This document shows positions 10,770 through 22,995 of a stretch of 64,000 nt of DNA, piece after piece. The notes below the pieces were generated by a model. That model was not told where the DNA came from, did not search any database, and worked only from the letters and a program-made list of their open reading frames with translations. The first letter of the stretch is position 1. The number at the start of each line of letters is the position of its first letter. Both the position numbers and the translations under genes were made by a program. The DNA is from Malacoraja senta (Eukaryota), in the NCBI GenBank assembly GCA_038087875.1, contig JAXLNO010003982.1, forward strand, positions 62,001 through 126,000, read 5' to 3'.

Positions 10770-12975
10770 AGTGTAAACATTCCTCCGTCTACGCCGCATA
10801 TGCTCCCAGGATGAGGCGTTCCACACCAGGGCATCTGAAGTGTCCTCATTCTTCAGGGAACGGGGGTTCCCCTCCTCCACCATAGATGAGGCTCGCACCA
10901 GGGTCTCTGCCATACCCCGCAACACTGCTCCCTCTCCCCATCCCCCCACTCACAACAAGGGCAGAGTCCCCCTAGTCCTCACCTTTCACCCCACCAGCCG
11001 TCACATACAACAAGTGATCCTCCGTCAGTTTCGCCACCTCCAACGTGACCCCACCACTCGCCACATCTTCCCGTGTGATTTAAGATACAAACTTAAATCA
11101 CACGGTATTGGGGGTTCAGTATTGATGTGGATAGAGAACTGGCTGGCAAACAGGAAGCAAAGAGTAGGAGTAAACGGGTCCTTTTCACAATGGCAGGCAG
11201 TGACTAGTGGGGTACCGCAAGGCTCAGTGCTGGGACCCCAGCTATTTACAATTTATATTAATGATCTGGACGAGGGAATTGAAAGCAACATCTCCAAGTT
11301 TGCGGATGACACTAAGCTGGGGGGCAGTGTTAGCTGTGAGGAGGATGCTAGGAGACTGCAAGGTGACTTGGATAGGCTGGGTGAGTGGGCAAATGTTTGG
11401 CAGATGCAGTATAATGTGGATAAATGTGAGGTTATCCACTTTGGTGGCAAGAACGGGAAGGCAGACTATTATCTAAATGGTGGCCGATTAGGAAATGGGG
11501 AGATGCAGCGAGACCTGGGTGTCATGGTACACCAGTCATTGAAAGTGGGCATGCAGGTGCAGCAGGGAGTGAAGAAAGCGAATGGTATGTTGGCCTTCAT
11601 AGCAAGAGGATTTGAGTATAGGAGCAGGGAGGTTCTACTGCAGTTGTACAGGGTCTTGGTGAGACCACACCTGGAGTATTGCGTACAGTTTTGGTCTCCA
11701 AATCTGAGGAAGGACATTATAGCCATAGAGGGAGTGCAGAGAAGGTTCACCAGACTGATTCCTGGGATGTCAGGACTTTCATATGAAGAAAGACTGGATA
11801 GACTTGGCTTATACTCGCTAGAATTTAGGAGATTGAGAGGGAATCTTATAGAAACGTACAAAATTCTTATGGGGTTGGACAGGCTAGATGCAGGAAGATT
11901 GTTCCCGATGTTGGGGAAGTCCAGGACAAGGGGTCACAGCTTAAGGATAAGGGGGAAATCCTTTAAGACCGAGATGAGGAAAAACTTTTTCACACAGAGA
12001 GTGGTGAATCTCTGGAACTCTCTGCCACAGAGGGTAGTTGAGGCCAGGTCATTGGCTATATTTAAGAGGGAGTTAGATGTGGCCCTTGTGGCTAAGGGGA
12101 TCAGGGGGTATGGAGAGAAGGCCGGTACGGGATACTGAGTTGGATGATCAGCCATGATCATATTGAATGGCGGTGCAGGCTCGAAGGGCCGAATGGCCTA
12201 CTCCTGCACCTATTTTCTATGTATCTATGTATCTCCCCCCATGTCTGCCTTCCGCAAAGACCGCTCCCTCCGTAACTCCCTTGTCAATTCTTCCCTTCCC
12301 TCCCGTACCACCCCCTCCCCGGGTACTTTCCCTTGCAACCGCAAGAGATGCAACACTTGTCCCTTCACCTCCCCCCTCGACTCCATCCAAGGACCCAAGC
12401 AGTCGTTCCAGGTGCGACAGAGGTTCACCTGCATCTCCTCCAACCTCATCTATTGCATCCGCTGCTCTAGATGCCAGCTGATCTACATCGGTGAGACCAA
12501 GCAGAGGCTTGGCGATCGTTTCGACGAACACCTCCGGTCGGTCCGCAATAACCAACTTGACCTCCCGGTGGCTCAGCACTTCAACTCCCCCTCCCATTCC
12601 GTATCTGACCTCTCTGTCCTGGGTCTCCTCCATGGCCACAGCGAGCAACACCGTAAATTGGAGGAAATGCACCTCATATTCCGCTTGGGTAGTCTACATC
12701 CTGGTAGCTTGAACATTGAATTCTCCCAACTCTGCTAGCCCTTGCTGTCCCCTCCCCTCCATCAGCCCTCTGGTTGTCTCCTCCCCTCCCCCAGCCCTCG
12801 GGCTCCTCCTCCGCCTTTTTTCATTTTTTCCTTTCTTCTCCCCACCCCCTTTCAGTCTGAAGAAGGGTTTCGGCCCGAAAAGTTGCCTATTTCCTTCGCT
12901 CCACAGATGCTGCTGCACCCGCTGAGTTTCTCCAGCATTTTTGTGTACCTTCGATTTTCCAGCATCTGCAGTTCC
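10770..12975 (+). mobile_element. Penelope-like element 3' part (linker plus GIY-YIG), split by a CR1 insertion
   Basis: N-part FFRERGFP...KGRVPLVLTFHPT...RDPTTRHIFP (10840-11072) continues after the insert as SPPMSAFRKDRSLRNSLV...CNRKRCNTC...NLIYCIRCSRCQLIYIGETK...LNIEF; terminal repeat at 12850-12975. Confidence 0.92.
11073..12231 (+). mobile_element. Young 5'-truncated CR1 LINE with an uninterrupted RT C-terminal frame
   Basis: SGVPQGSVLGP, KFADDTKLGG, RPHLEYCVQFWSP, NLWNSLP motifs with no stops until 12138; UTR ends in (CTAT/GTAT)n. Confidence 0.95.
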
Positions 12976-13325
12976 TTCTTTAACACAACAGAGTGTAAAT
13001 AAAACCTGGCATCCTCTGTGCCATTTAAATTAATTATGATTGATGTATATTTTTATTCCATGCAATCTTACAAAGTATTCCACAATACACCACTCGGCAG
13101 CATTCAGTGGATGGTGCCTGAGGCAAGGCAGCTCTTTGAACTAGTTCATGGATCACATGTGTATTCTTTTCACATTGTCTTTTACAATTTAGTTGACCAA
13201 TTAGTTTAAATATTTTTCCCCCAAGTTACTGAACTTTTTCCACAGGAAGTACTTTTTTATGGCCCATTCTAGTGAGAATATTGATGACTGAAAAACAAGA
13301 AAACTGTTCTTCTGTACTCACTCTA

Positions 13326-14235
13326 AACTCATGACTGCGTAGCCAGACGTAGTCCGAACTCCATCATCAAGTTCGCCGACGACACCACTGTTGTGGGACG
13401 AATCACTGATGGTGATGAGTCAGAGTATATTAGTGAGATCGACCGATTGACCAAATGGTGCCAGCACAATAACCCGGCCCTCAACACCAGTAAAACCAAG
13501 GAACTGATTGTGGACTTTGGAAGAGGTAGGATAGGAACCCACAATCCCGTTTATATCCCGGGACGATGGTGGAAAGGGTCAAGAACTTCAAATTCCTGGG
13601 CGTGCGTATTTCCGAAGATCTTTCCAGGTCCCAACACACTGATGCAATCATAAAGAAGGCACAGCAGCGCCTCTACTTCCTGAGAAGTTTACGGAGAGTT
13701 GGTATGTCAAGGAGGACTCTCTCGGACATCTACAGGTGCACAGTAGAGAGCATGCTGACTGGTTGCATCGTGGCTGGGTTCGGCAACTTGAACGTCCAGG
13801 AGCGGAAAAGAATCCACAAAGTTTGTGACTACTGCCCAGTCCATCTTCGGCTCTGACCTCCCTTCCATCGAAGGGATCCATCGCAGTCGCTGCCTCAAAC
13901 TGGCTGCCAACAGACCCGCACCATCCTGGCCACACACTCATCTCTCCGTTGCCATCAGGAAGAAGGTGCAGGAGCTTGAAATCTGGAACATCCAGGTTCA
14001 AGAACAGCTTCTTCCCCACAGCCATCAGGCTATTAAACACGACATCAAACAAACTCTGAACAATAACAGCCTATTGCACTTTAAATGTTTATTTATTGTA
14101 TATATATATATGGTCTATGGTATATAGACACACTGAACTTTTATCTCTGTATTATGTTTACATATTCTGTTGTGCTGCAGCAAGCAAGAATTCATTGTCC
14201 TATCTGGGACACATGACAATAAAACTCTCTTGACT
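13326..14235 (+). mobile_element. Rex1/Babar-type LINE 3' fragment
   Basis: SIIKFADDTTVVGRI, NTSKTKELIVDF, FKFLGV, KKAQQRLYFLRSLRR motifs; tail aagaattcattgtcc...catgacaataaaactctcttgact. Confidence 0.85.
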
Positions 14236-14249
14236 TTTGGGCAGCACTA

Positions 14250-14612
14250 TTATGGGTGGCACGGTGCAGTAGAGGTAGAGTGACTACCTCACAGTGCCAG
14301 AGACCCAGGTTCTGTAGACCTGGTAGAGTGACTGCCTCACAGTGCCAGAGACCCGGGTTCGATCCTAACTATAGGTGCTGTCTGTATGGAGTTTGTACGT
14401 TCTCCCTGTGATCTGCATGGGTTTTCTCCAAGACCATCGATTTCCTCCCACACTCCAAAGACATACATGTTTATAGGTTAATGGGCTTGGTGTAAATATT
14501 AAATTGTCCCAGGTTTGTGTGTAGGGTAGCGTTAAGGTGTGGAAATCGCTGTCCGGTGCAGACTCGGTGGGCCAAAGGGCCTGTTTCTGCTCTATATCTC
14601 TAAACTAAACTA
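14250..14612 (+). mobile_element. HE1 V-SINE with a duplicated tRNA-head segment
   Basis: gtagagtgact(a/g)cctcacagtgccagagaccc occurs twice (about 14275 and 14322) before the V-domain. Confidence 0.85.
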
Positions 14613-14900
14613 TTAACGTGTGCACCAAATCACTGAGGAGAATAAAGTCATCGAACACAGAAACTTGCGTCATAGTTTAAAAATAAGGGATAGACCATTT
14701 AGGAATGAGATAAGGAAAAACGTTTTCACCCAGAGAGTTGTATATCTGTGGTCTTCTCTGCCACAGAAGGCAGTGGAGACCAATTCACTGGATGTTTTCA
14801 AGATAGAGTTAGATTTAGCTCTTAGGGCTAATGGAATCAAGGGTATGGGTAAAAAGCAGGAACGGGGTACTGATTTTGGATGATCAGCATGCGTGCTGGC

Positions 14901-15368
14901 GCGACATCTAGATTATGAAGGGTATCTTCAACTCAAAACCTCCCAGGCCTAGGGACGTAGAGATATGGGTTGTTAACATTGTGCTACATCAATTCGCCGG
15001 TGGGCTCCAGCTACATCCCTGTCCTTGGTCAAACTCACTTACTAGTGATTATGCTCATGGCGCTGAGTTCAGCGTAACGGGTCCAGTCATTGCATAAGTT
15101 AACACTGGATAGGAAGATCTGCGGGCAATAATAAGGTTTTATGTTTATGACTTAGTCAAGCAGAGTAGACCAGGGGCATAAGGTCAAACTAGATGTTTGC
15201 ATATCCCATGGACCTTGGGTTGTGTGGGGTCACACATCTACACCAGAATGTTAAGGTCCCTAAGAGCCTTATAGACTCTGAACTAGCAATATTGTTTGTT
15301 ACATAAAACCTCGTTAGAAGGTATCACTACAGACCATCTCCAGGGGGTTAAACGGGTCTGGCTTACGT
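14901..15368 (+). mobile_element. DIRS-type tyrosine-recombinase gene fragment (frameshifted)
   Basis: Across frameshifts it reads MKGIFNSKPPRPR..IW.VN.VL...W.P...LSLVKLT...MLMALSSA*RVQSL...KQSRPG..FAYP.DLGLC..QTISR.LK, the DIRS1 YR motif order as recalled. Confidence 0.78.
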
Positions 15369-15995
15369 GCCTACTCCTGCACCTACAGTATTTTCTATGT
15401 TTCCATGTAAATCTCACATTCCAATTAATCTCCTCTCTCAATTTTCCCACCACCCACATTCACTTGGGGAAAATTACCTTCCAGTCAAATAACCTGATCC
15501 TACCTCACAAATGTTTATAAACACTTTAAGTGTAACCTTGTTAAATGTCTTCTGAACAGAAGTGATTCATCTTCCCATTTTCTCTACCATCTCAAAAATG
15601 TACATACTTCAGCCGGCATAACTACACTTTTACACATCCTTACTCTTCTCTCTGATAAATTCACAGCAGGTCAAGAGCACAATTGCTCAAGCCCTGAGGA
15701 ATGTATTGCTGGACTCGACTCTCAATATTAATCAGCAAAAGACCCATGTTCTAGGCTATGATTACATTACAAATCTATCAAACAACCTTTCCATTTTCAG
15801 TGGAAAATAAGGTAAAATAATGACATGTTGCTATAAACTTGACACAGAAATATAACATGTTGGAAATGATCCAACAGCATCTGTGGAGGTAAATAGAGTT
15901 GCAACAATTTAGTTGCCAAATTAAATGATGAAGGTCTAGAACGTGAATTCAGATTTCCTCTCCTTAGGCTTGAACTTTTCCTTGCTTTCTGGGTA

Positions 15996-16290
15996 TTTAG
16001 TTTAATTTAGAGATACAGTGCAGAAACCGGTCCTTCAGCCCACCGAATCCTCGCCGACCAGCGATCCCCGCACACTATCACTATTCTATGCACGCTTGGG
16101 ACAATTTAGAATTTTACTGAGCAAATTGGTATGTCATTGGAGTGTGGGAGGAATCCGGAGCACCCGGAGGAAACCTGCACCTGTAATAGGAAGTACGTAC
16201 AAACTCCTTGCAGACTGAAACCGTAGTCAGGATCAAACCCGGGTCCTTGCGCTGTAAGGCAGCAGATCAGCCACTGCACCACCGTGCCAA
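15996..16290 (-). mobile_element. HE1-type V-SINE
   Basis: Tail, V-domain and head in reverse orientation. Confidence 0.85.
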
Positions 16291-16404
16291 ACCATATTTT
16301 TAGCATTTCCTGCCAAATCCTAAACTGTATCAGAAGATGACTTCTCATGCAGTCTTGGTCTTATGTCATTTCAAATATTGTTTTGAAAATATTACTACAT
16401 ACTC

Positions 16405-18097
16405 TAGGTATGTTACAAAACTTTCCTTCAGCGGCGCTGCAGTTCTGTCACTGCCCGTGTGCGCGACTTTGGCGCCTTTGAGAGGGGGGCGAGTTTAAAA
16501 TGCGATATTTCGGCAGCCTGTTCTAAACGATCTTGAACAGGTTAAATAGTTGATGAAGAAAAATCGCTTCGACTGCCGTTTTATTAAGTTTATTAAAATT
16601 AGCGCTTTATAATTTAATTGTTGGAGTAAAATTAAAATCATCTTCAAATGCCGTCAACGCCGACAACGGGACGGATTTCACGCACGGGACAAGGCAAGGT
16701 ACACCGTTTATTTTTTCATATAAACTTGCTTCTTAGGATGCCTTTAATAAAAATTTCAAGTTGCGAAAATGTGATTATGTAAATATACCAACCGGCAGTA
16801 TTTTTCCTGCCGATATTGGGGTTTAATTCAGTGTAACCGCAACGTTCCAAACCAGCGCGTTCCACAAAATCCCACTCGCAAGATGATTTAAATGGCCATT
16901 AATTTACAGGAATTAAACACTAAATTCCTTCCATTTGGCCTATAAATTAATGACAATGAGATTAAAAAATAATGTTTTATTGTGAATTCTTGTGTGAATG
17001 TTATTTGGGCACTTAGGCTTTTTAAAAATGTTAACTTTTTCTTAAGAAATGGATAGATATTTAGATCTAGTAATTGAATTTTGTAATTAGCTACAATTGG
17101 GTAACTAACTAATTATATGCTTTAATTTCAGGTCATCTAAGTAAGATTGTTTCATATTTGTTTCAGAATGCTTCAATCTATAATAACTGAAAATTTCATT
17201 AAGTTCTCTTTAAGGCTCTGTCCCACAGGTTTGCGGTCATTGGCGGTGAAGCGCGGCGTCGCCGGAAGAGGGGACCGCATGACAACCGCGAGAGCGCCGC
17301 ACGGATGCTGCGCGGGGGCCGAGTGATCTCCTTACGGCCGGTTCCACGAGCCTGCGGCGTCGGGTGATGACGACATCACGCAACGCGACGCGCTACGCTA
17401 TGACATTATCGCGCAATGCGACGCGCTACGCGATGACGTCATTTCGTATCGCGGGGCTGTGGCGGCGGTAGTGGTGATCGCGGCGCTGTGACGTCGGCTG
17501 TGGCAGTGCCCGTGCCGCACACGTGCCTCACTGGCGGCGGCTGTGGCGGTGCCCGTGCCGCACACTTGCCTCACTGGCGGCGGCTGTGGCGGTGAAAGTT
17601 GGACTCACGGCGCTCGTGCTGCACTGGCGGCGGCAGTGGCGGTGCCCGTGCTGCACTTGTGCCTCGCTGGCGGCGGCTGTGCGGTAGGAAAAGATTTTTC
17701 AACATTGTTGGTTTTTTGTGAGCACCGTGCGGTGTTGGGACCAACGCCGCACGGCCCCGGCAGAGTGCGTTTGACCGAACCCGCGGTCTCTGGCGGTCCA
17801 CGAGCGGTAGATACTTCCTGTTTCACCGCCAATGATCGCAAACTCGTGAGACAGGCCTTTAATTTCTAAGAACGTTATGGGCTTTTGACTGTCCTCGATC
17901 ACAGCTTTTGTGTTAAGTCAATGGAAAAGCAATAGGGAACAAGATACTAATTTACGAGTATGAAAATGGCCATAACTTTTTTAATACTGAAGATATGAAA
18001 GTGAATTAGGTGTCAAATTAAACTTCTTTTATGCTTTATCTGATGGGATAAATTGCAGACTTGATTTTTAAAATCTCAAAATTTTGTAACATTGCTA
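16405..18097. mobile_element. Non-autonomous TIR element with TAG...CTA termini (probably hAT-like)
   Basis: Left TAGGTATGTTACAAAACTTT versus right (reverse complement) TAGCAATGTTACAAAATTTT, 17/20 identical; flanks CATACTC (16398-16404) and CAGACTC (18098-18104). Confidence 0.7.
17213..17858. mobile_element. Harbinger-like MITE nested in the TAG element
   Basis: About 38-bp TIRs (aggctctgtcccacaggtttgcggtcattggcggtgaa / ttcaccgccaatgatcgcaaactcgtgagacaggcct) flanked by TTA at 17210-17212 and 17859-17861. Confidence 0.85.
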
Positions 18098-18254
18098 CAG
18101 ACTCCAGCAAATGGTTTATGAATAATAGAAGTGACTTACTGTACCAGTTAAAAATCATTGTGAAAAACTTAATTCCCTCCAAATTTCATTCCCTTCTGTT
18201 GTGCAGCAAGTAAGAATTTCATTGTCCTATCTGGGACATATGACAATAAAACAC

Positions 18255-19015
18255 TATCTAACTGGAGTCAAGTTGGGAAAAGGGGAAGTACAACGGGATC
18301 TGGGGGTCCTTGTACATCAGTCTATGAAAGTAAGCATGCAGGTACAGCAGGCAGTGAAGAGAGCGAATGGCATGTTGGCCTTTATAACAAGAGGAATCAA
18401 ATATAGGAGCAAAGAGGTCGTTCTGCAGTTGTACAGAGCCCCAGTGAGACCACACCTGGAGTATTGTGTGCAGTTTTGGTCCCCTAATTTGAGGAAGGAC
18501 ATTCTTGCTATCGAGGGAGTGCAGCGTAGGTTTACAAAGTTAATTCTCGGGATGGCGGGACTGTCATATGCTGAGAGAATGGAGCAGCTGGGCTTGTACA
18601 TTCTGGAGTTTAGAAGGATGAGAGGGGATCTCATTGAAACATATAAGATTGTTAAGGGCTTGGACACGCTAGAGGCAGGAAACATGTTCCCGATGTTGGG
18701 GGAGTCCAGAACCAGGTGCCACAGTTTAAGAATAAGGAGTAAGCCATTTAGAACGGAGACGAGGAAACACTTTTTATCAGAGAGAGTGGTGAGTCTGTGG
18801 AATTCTCTGCCTCAGAGGGCGGTGGAGGCAGGTTCTCTGGATGTTTTCAAGAGAGAGCTAGATAGGGCTCTTAAAAATAGCGGAGTCAGGCGATATGGGG
18901 AGAAGGCAGGAACGGGGTACTGATTGGGGACGATCAGCCATGATCACATTGAATGGTGGTGCTGGCTCGAAGGGCCGAACGGCCTACTCCTGCACCTATT
19001 GTCTATTGTCTATAA
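18255..19015 (+). mobile_element. CR1 LINE 3' fragment with an open ORF2 C-terminus
   Basis: ORF 18201..18923: QRDLGVLVHQS, RPHLEYCVQFWSP, SLWNSLP; CR1 UTR ending ctattgtctattgtctat. Confidence 0.92.
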
Positions 19016-19564
19016 TACTCTTGACTCTTGAAGATGTGAGGAAAGGTCTCAACCTGAAATGTCACCTATTTCTTTTTGCCAGAAATGCTGCACTGAGTTA
19101 CTCCAGCATTTTGTGTCTATCTTCAGTGTAAACCAGCATCTGCAGTTCCTTCTTACAAAGATGTTCCTCTACCACCTGAGTTCCTACAGTAGTTGTTTTT
19201 ATGATACTAGGTTGACATGCAATTGAGACATGCTGTGAGCTTTCCTTCAAAGCAGGAGGACAATTAAGCCCATATGCTCAATCCATGCACATTTTTACCA
19301 ATGACATATTGTAAAGCCTTAACAGTACAATTTACATTCAGCTTTCAGATAATGCATTCGACCACAAACAGATGTCTATCTCATTAAATTCTACCAGATA
19401 AGGCTTGGAAAGTCTGAAAAGGGGTCTCGACCCGAAACGTTACCCATTCCTTCTCTCCAGAGATGCTGCCTGTCCCGCTGAGTTACTCCAGCTTTCTGTG
19501 TCTATCATTGAAAGACATTCTCCCTCCCCCACACTTCCTGCAGCTTAACATGCTTCTTTTTTTT

Positions 19565-20440
19565 CTCCTGGAAAAAGACACAAAGTGCTGGGACAACTCG
19601 ACGGGTCAGGCAGTATCATTGGAAAACATGGATATGTGGTGTTGTGGAACAGGATCCTTCTTCAGACTAATTGTGGGAGGTTGGGGGGCGGGTTGGTATG
19701 GGCATTGTAGAGGGGGAAGGGGGAGGGGGAGATGAAATTAACTGGATGAAAGGAGGGGCAGGTAATATGTGGACATAGGTGAGGAGGCGGTAATGGGGGG
19801 AGTTGATAGGGAGATTATTGGACAAGGGCCAGAGTTAAAAATACAGAAGGTGCGCAACAAAATAATTGAAAAGTTGCAAATGGCAAATTTAGAAGGAAGG
19901 GGATGAGGAGGGAAATAGGTGCTAGTCCAGGTGGGCTACAGGGGAGGGGGGCAACAGTGGGGAGAAATATGGGTGTGGGGGAGAAAGGGGAGGAGGAGGA
20001 GAGTAGGGCTTAGGTTTCCTAAATTTGGCGAGTTCAATGTTCACACCATCAGGTTGAAAGCTACCCAAGAAGAATGTTAGGGGCTGTTTGCATGTGACCT
20101 CACACTGGCAATGGAGGAGACCCAAAACAGAAAGGTCAATATGGCAATGGGAAAGGAAGTTCAAATGGTTAGCAACCAGGAGATCCAGTGCAGAAGTCCA
20201 TGGCAGATCAAGTGCATATTTTCGGCGAAATGGTCGTGGAGTCAATGCTTGGTCTCGTCGATATACAGAAGGCCACATTGGGAACACCGGATGCAATAGA
20301 TCAGTTTAGAGAAGGTGTACATGAACCTCGTCTCACCTAGAAGGGCTGCTGTGGTCCCTCGGGGCAGACCACAGAGGAGGTACAGGAATAGATGTTACAT
20401 CCGCAGTTGCAGGGGAGATTACCTGGGATGCGATGGTTTG
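19565..20440 (-). mobile_element. Degraded Penelope-like element 3' fragment
   Basis: Reverse strand HIDLSVLGLLHCQCE...FLGSFQPDGVNIE, purine-rich UTR on the plus strand, terminal-repeat remnant at 19565-19680. Confidence 0.75.
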
Positions 20441-21524
20441 GGTGGGAAGTGATGAGAATTTTAGGTAACCTACCCCCCCATTTCTTGCCCTCCCCTGTGC
20501 CCCATCTGGACTTGCATCTATTTCTGCCCTCCCCCGTCCCGTTCATCCATTCCTCTATTTTCACAATTCACCATTCTTTAATTCCTTTTGTCTTTTCATC
20601 TCTGGCCTTTGCCCAATCATTTGCCTGTCGGAAAATCCTCTCTGCAACATTTTAGTTTAGTTTATTGTTACGTGTACAGAGGTACAGTGAAAAGCTTTTG
20701 TTGCCTGCTAACCAGTCAGCGTAAAGACAATACATGATTACAAACTAACAATTTACAGTGTAGAGATACATGATGAGGGAATAACATTTAGTGCAAGGTA
20801 AAGCCAGTAAAGTCCGATCAAAGAAAGTACGAGGGTCACCAATGATGCAGATAGTAGTTCAGGACTGCTCTCTCATTTTGGTATCTATCACCTATCATCT
20901 GCCATACTTTGTTCTGCCCCTCCTCTCTTCTAACTTTATTTACCCCCACAATCAGTTTGAAGAATGGTCCTGACCCAAAACCTTAGCATCCCACGCTCTC
21001 CAGTAATGCTGCCTGTCCCACTGAGTTATTCCAACACTGTATCTTTTTATGTTAACCAGCATCTTCAGTTCCTCCTTTCTTCTTTCTCCTCCTTCCCAGT
21101 CCTGAAGGGTCTCTGGCCTGAAACATTAGCTCTGCTTTCCTGCCCACAGATGCGGCCTGACCTACTGCATATTGCCAGTGTATTCGGTATTTTACTAAAG
21201 TCAATTTTAATAATACTATTCCTGCATGCATTAATGAATTACTATCCTTTTCAACTATGTTCAAGGTATGAACATTTCAGCATGCAATTCTACCGTAAAA
21301 AGATCATAAAAATACCAAACAACAGTGTTATTCAAACAAGTAGTTATATATCAAGATATGTTGGAATCTTGAGCAATGAAATACTGGAGGAACTCAGTGA
21401 GTCAGGCAGCATCTGTGGCTGGAATGGACAGGTAATGTTTTGAGTCAGGACCCGTCTTCAGTAGTTTAAATAGTTTTGAATCTAGCTACTTGCAATAAAT
21501 CAGTAATTTTAGTGGGTTTTAAGG

Positions 21525-21830
21525 TTAGTTTAGAGTTATAGCGGAAACAGGCCTTTCGGCCCACTGAGTCCATGCTGACCATTGATCTCCCATTCACTCT
21601 AGTTATTCCACTTTCTTGTCCACTCTTTATACACTAGGGGCAATTTACATAGGCCAATTAACCTACAAAGCTGCATGCCTTTGGGTTGTGGGAGGAAACC
21701 GGAACACCTGGAGGAAACCCACAGTGAAAATGTGCAAACTCCACATAGACAGACCTGAAGTCAGGATTGAACCTGGGTCTCTGGCGCTATGAGGCAGCAA
21801 CTCTCTACCATTGCACCACTGTGCTGTACT
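21525..21830 (-). mobile_element. HE1-like V-SINE
   Basis: Tail ttagtttagag, V-domain gtgggaggaaaccggaacacctggaggaaaccc, head ctggcgctatgaggcagcaactc. Confidence 0.8.
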
Positions 21831-22789
21831 TCACAAAACCCATTAGCCAGATCAACACACGTAAATGGCAAAGAAAATCAAAGGAGCATTGGCGGCCATG
21901 GGTGCCAGTGTTATATGGAAAATAAATTGGGAGGAATAGGACTGATGAATGAAAGAATGATTGAATGATACTCTATTGTCACATGTACCCAAGGTATCTG
22001 TGTATAGTGAAATGCTTTGTTTTCCACACAACCTCAGTCTATCCTTGACCGGACTTTGCTGGCTTCACCTTGCATTAAACATTATTCCTTTATCATGTGT
22101 CTCTACACTGTAAATGCATTGATTGTAATCATGTATTGTCTTTCTACTGACTGGTTAGTAAGCAACAAAAAGCTTTTCACTGTATCTCGGTACACGTGAC
22201 AATAAATTAAACTGAACCTAGGCAGTACAAATATGTCGTCATGTGTTGGCGCAGACAAAGTTACAAAGTACCGAACAGTCCTATCCACTGCCTGTTGCCG
22301 CACATGGCAGCAGACACCATCCCCACCAGTTCCCCCTTCATTCTTGGTGGCGCCCCCATCCCCACAGTACCTCATTTGTTCTCGTCCCCCTCAATGGGAC
22401 AGCCTCCCTGTGCTGAATGCCCTACGTCTACAATGTTCTGAGTATAAGATTAGATTAAGCAATGCTCACTGTTGGTCTTTGTACCTGCAAACCTTTATTA
22501 CTTTGTTGGTCTGTTTGAATACAAACATTCTTGGGTGTTCTTGTCTGTACAAACTAAAATGTGTTGGTTTCTCTGTGACGTTTGAATTCGGGTATCATGC
22601 TCACCAATCTTTTTTAACAGATGCAGCATGGAAACTGGCCTTTCTGCCCACTGAGTCTTCACTGACCATCAATCACCCATACACTAGTTCTATGTTTTCC
22701 CTGTTTCACATCCTACACACTAGGGGCAATTTACAGCGGCCAATAAACCTACAAACCCACACGTCTTTGGAACGTGGGACGAAACAATA

Positions 22790-22995
22790 GACAATAGAGA
22801 ATAGACAATAGGTGCAGGAGTTGGCCATTTGGCCCTTCGAGCCAGCACCACCATTCAATGTGATCATGGCTGATCATCTCCAATCAGTACCCCGTTCCTG
22901 CCTTCTTGTCATATCCCCTGACACCGCTATCTTTAAGAGCCCTATCTAGCTCTCTCTTGAAAGTATCCAGAGAACCGGCCTCCACTGCCCTCTGA
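22790..22995 (-). mobile_element. CR1 3' end inserted in a minus-strand HE1 SINE
   Basis: caatagacaatag tail, ggtgcaggag..ggcc..cggcccttcgagccagcaccacc; SINE halves at about 22620-22790 and 22995-23070. Confidence 0.8.
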
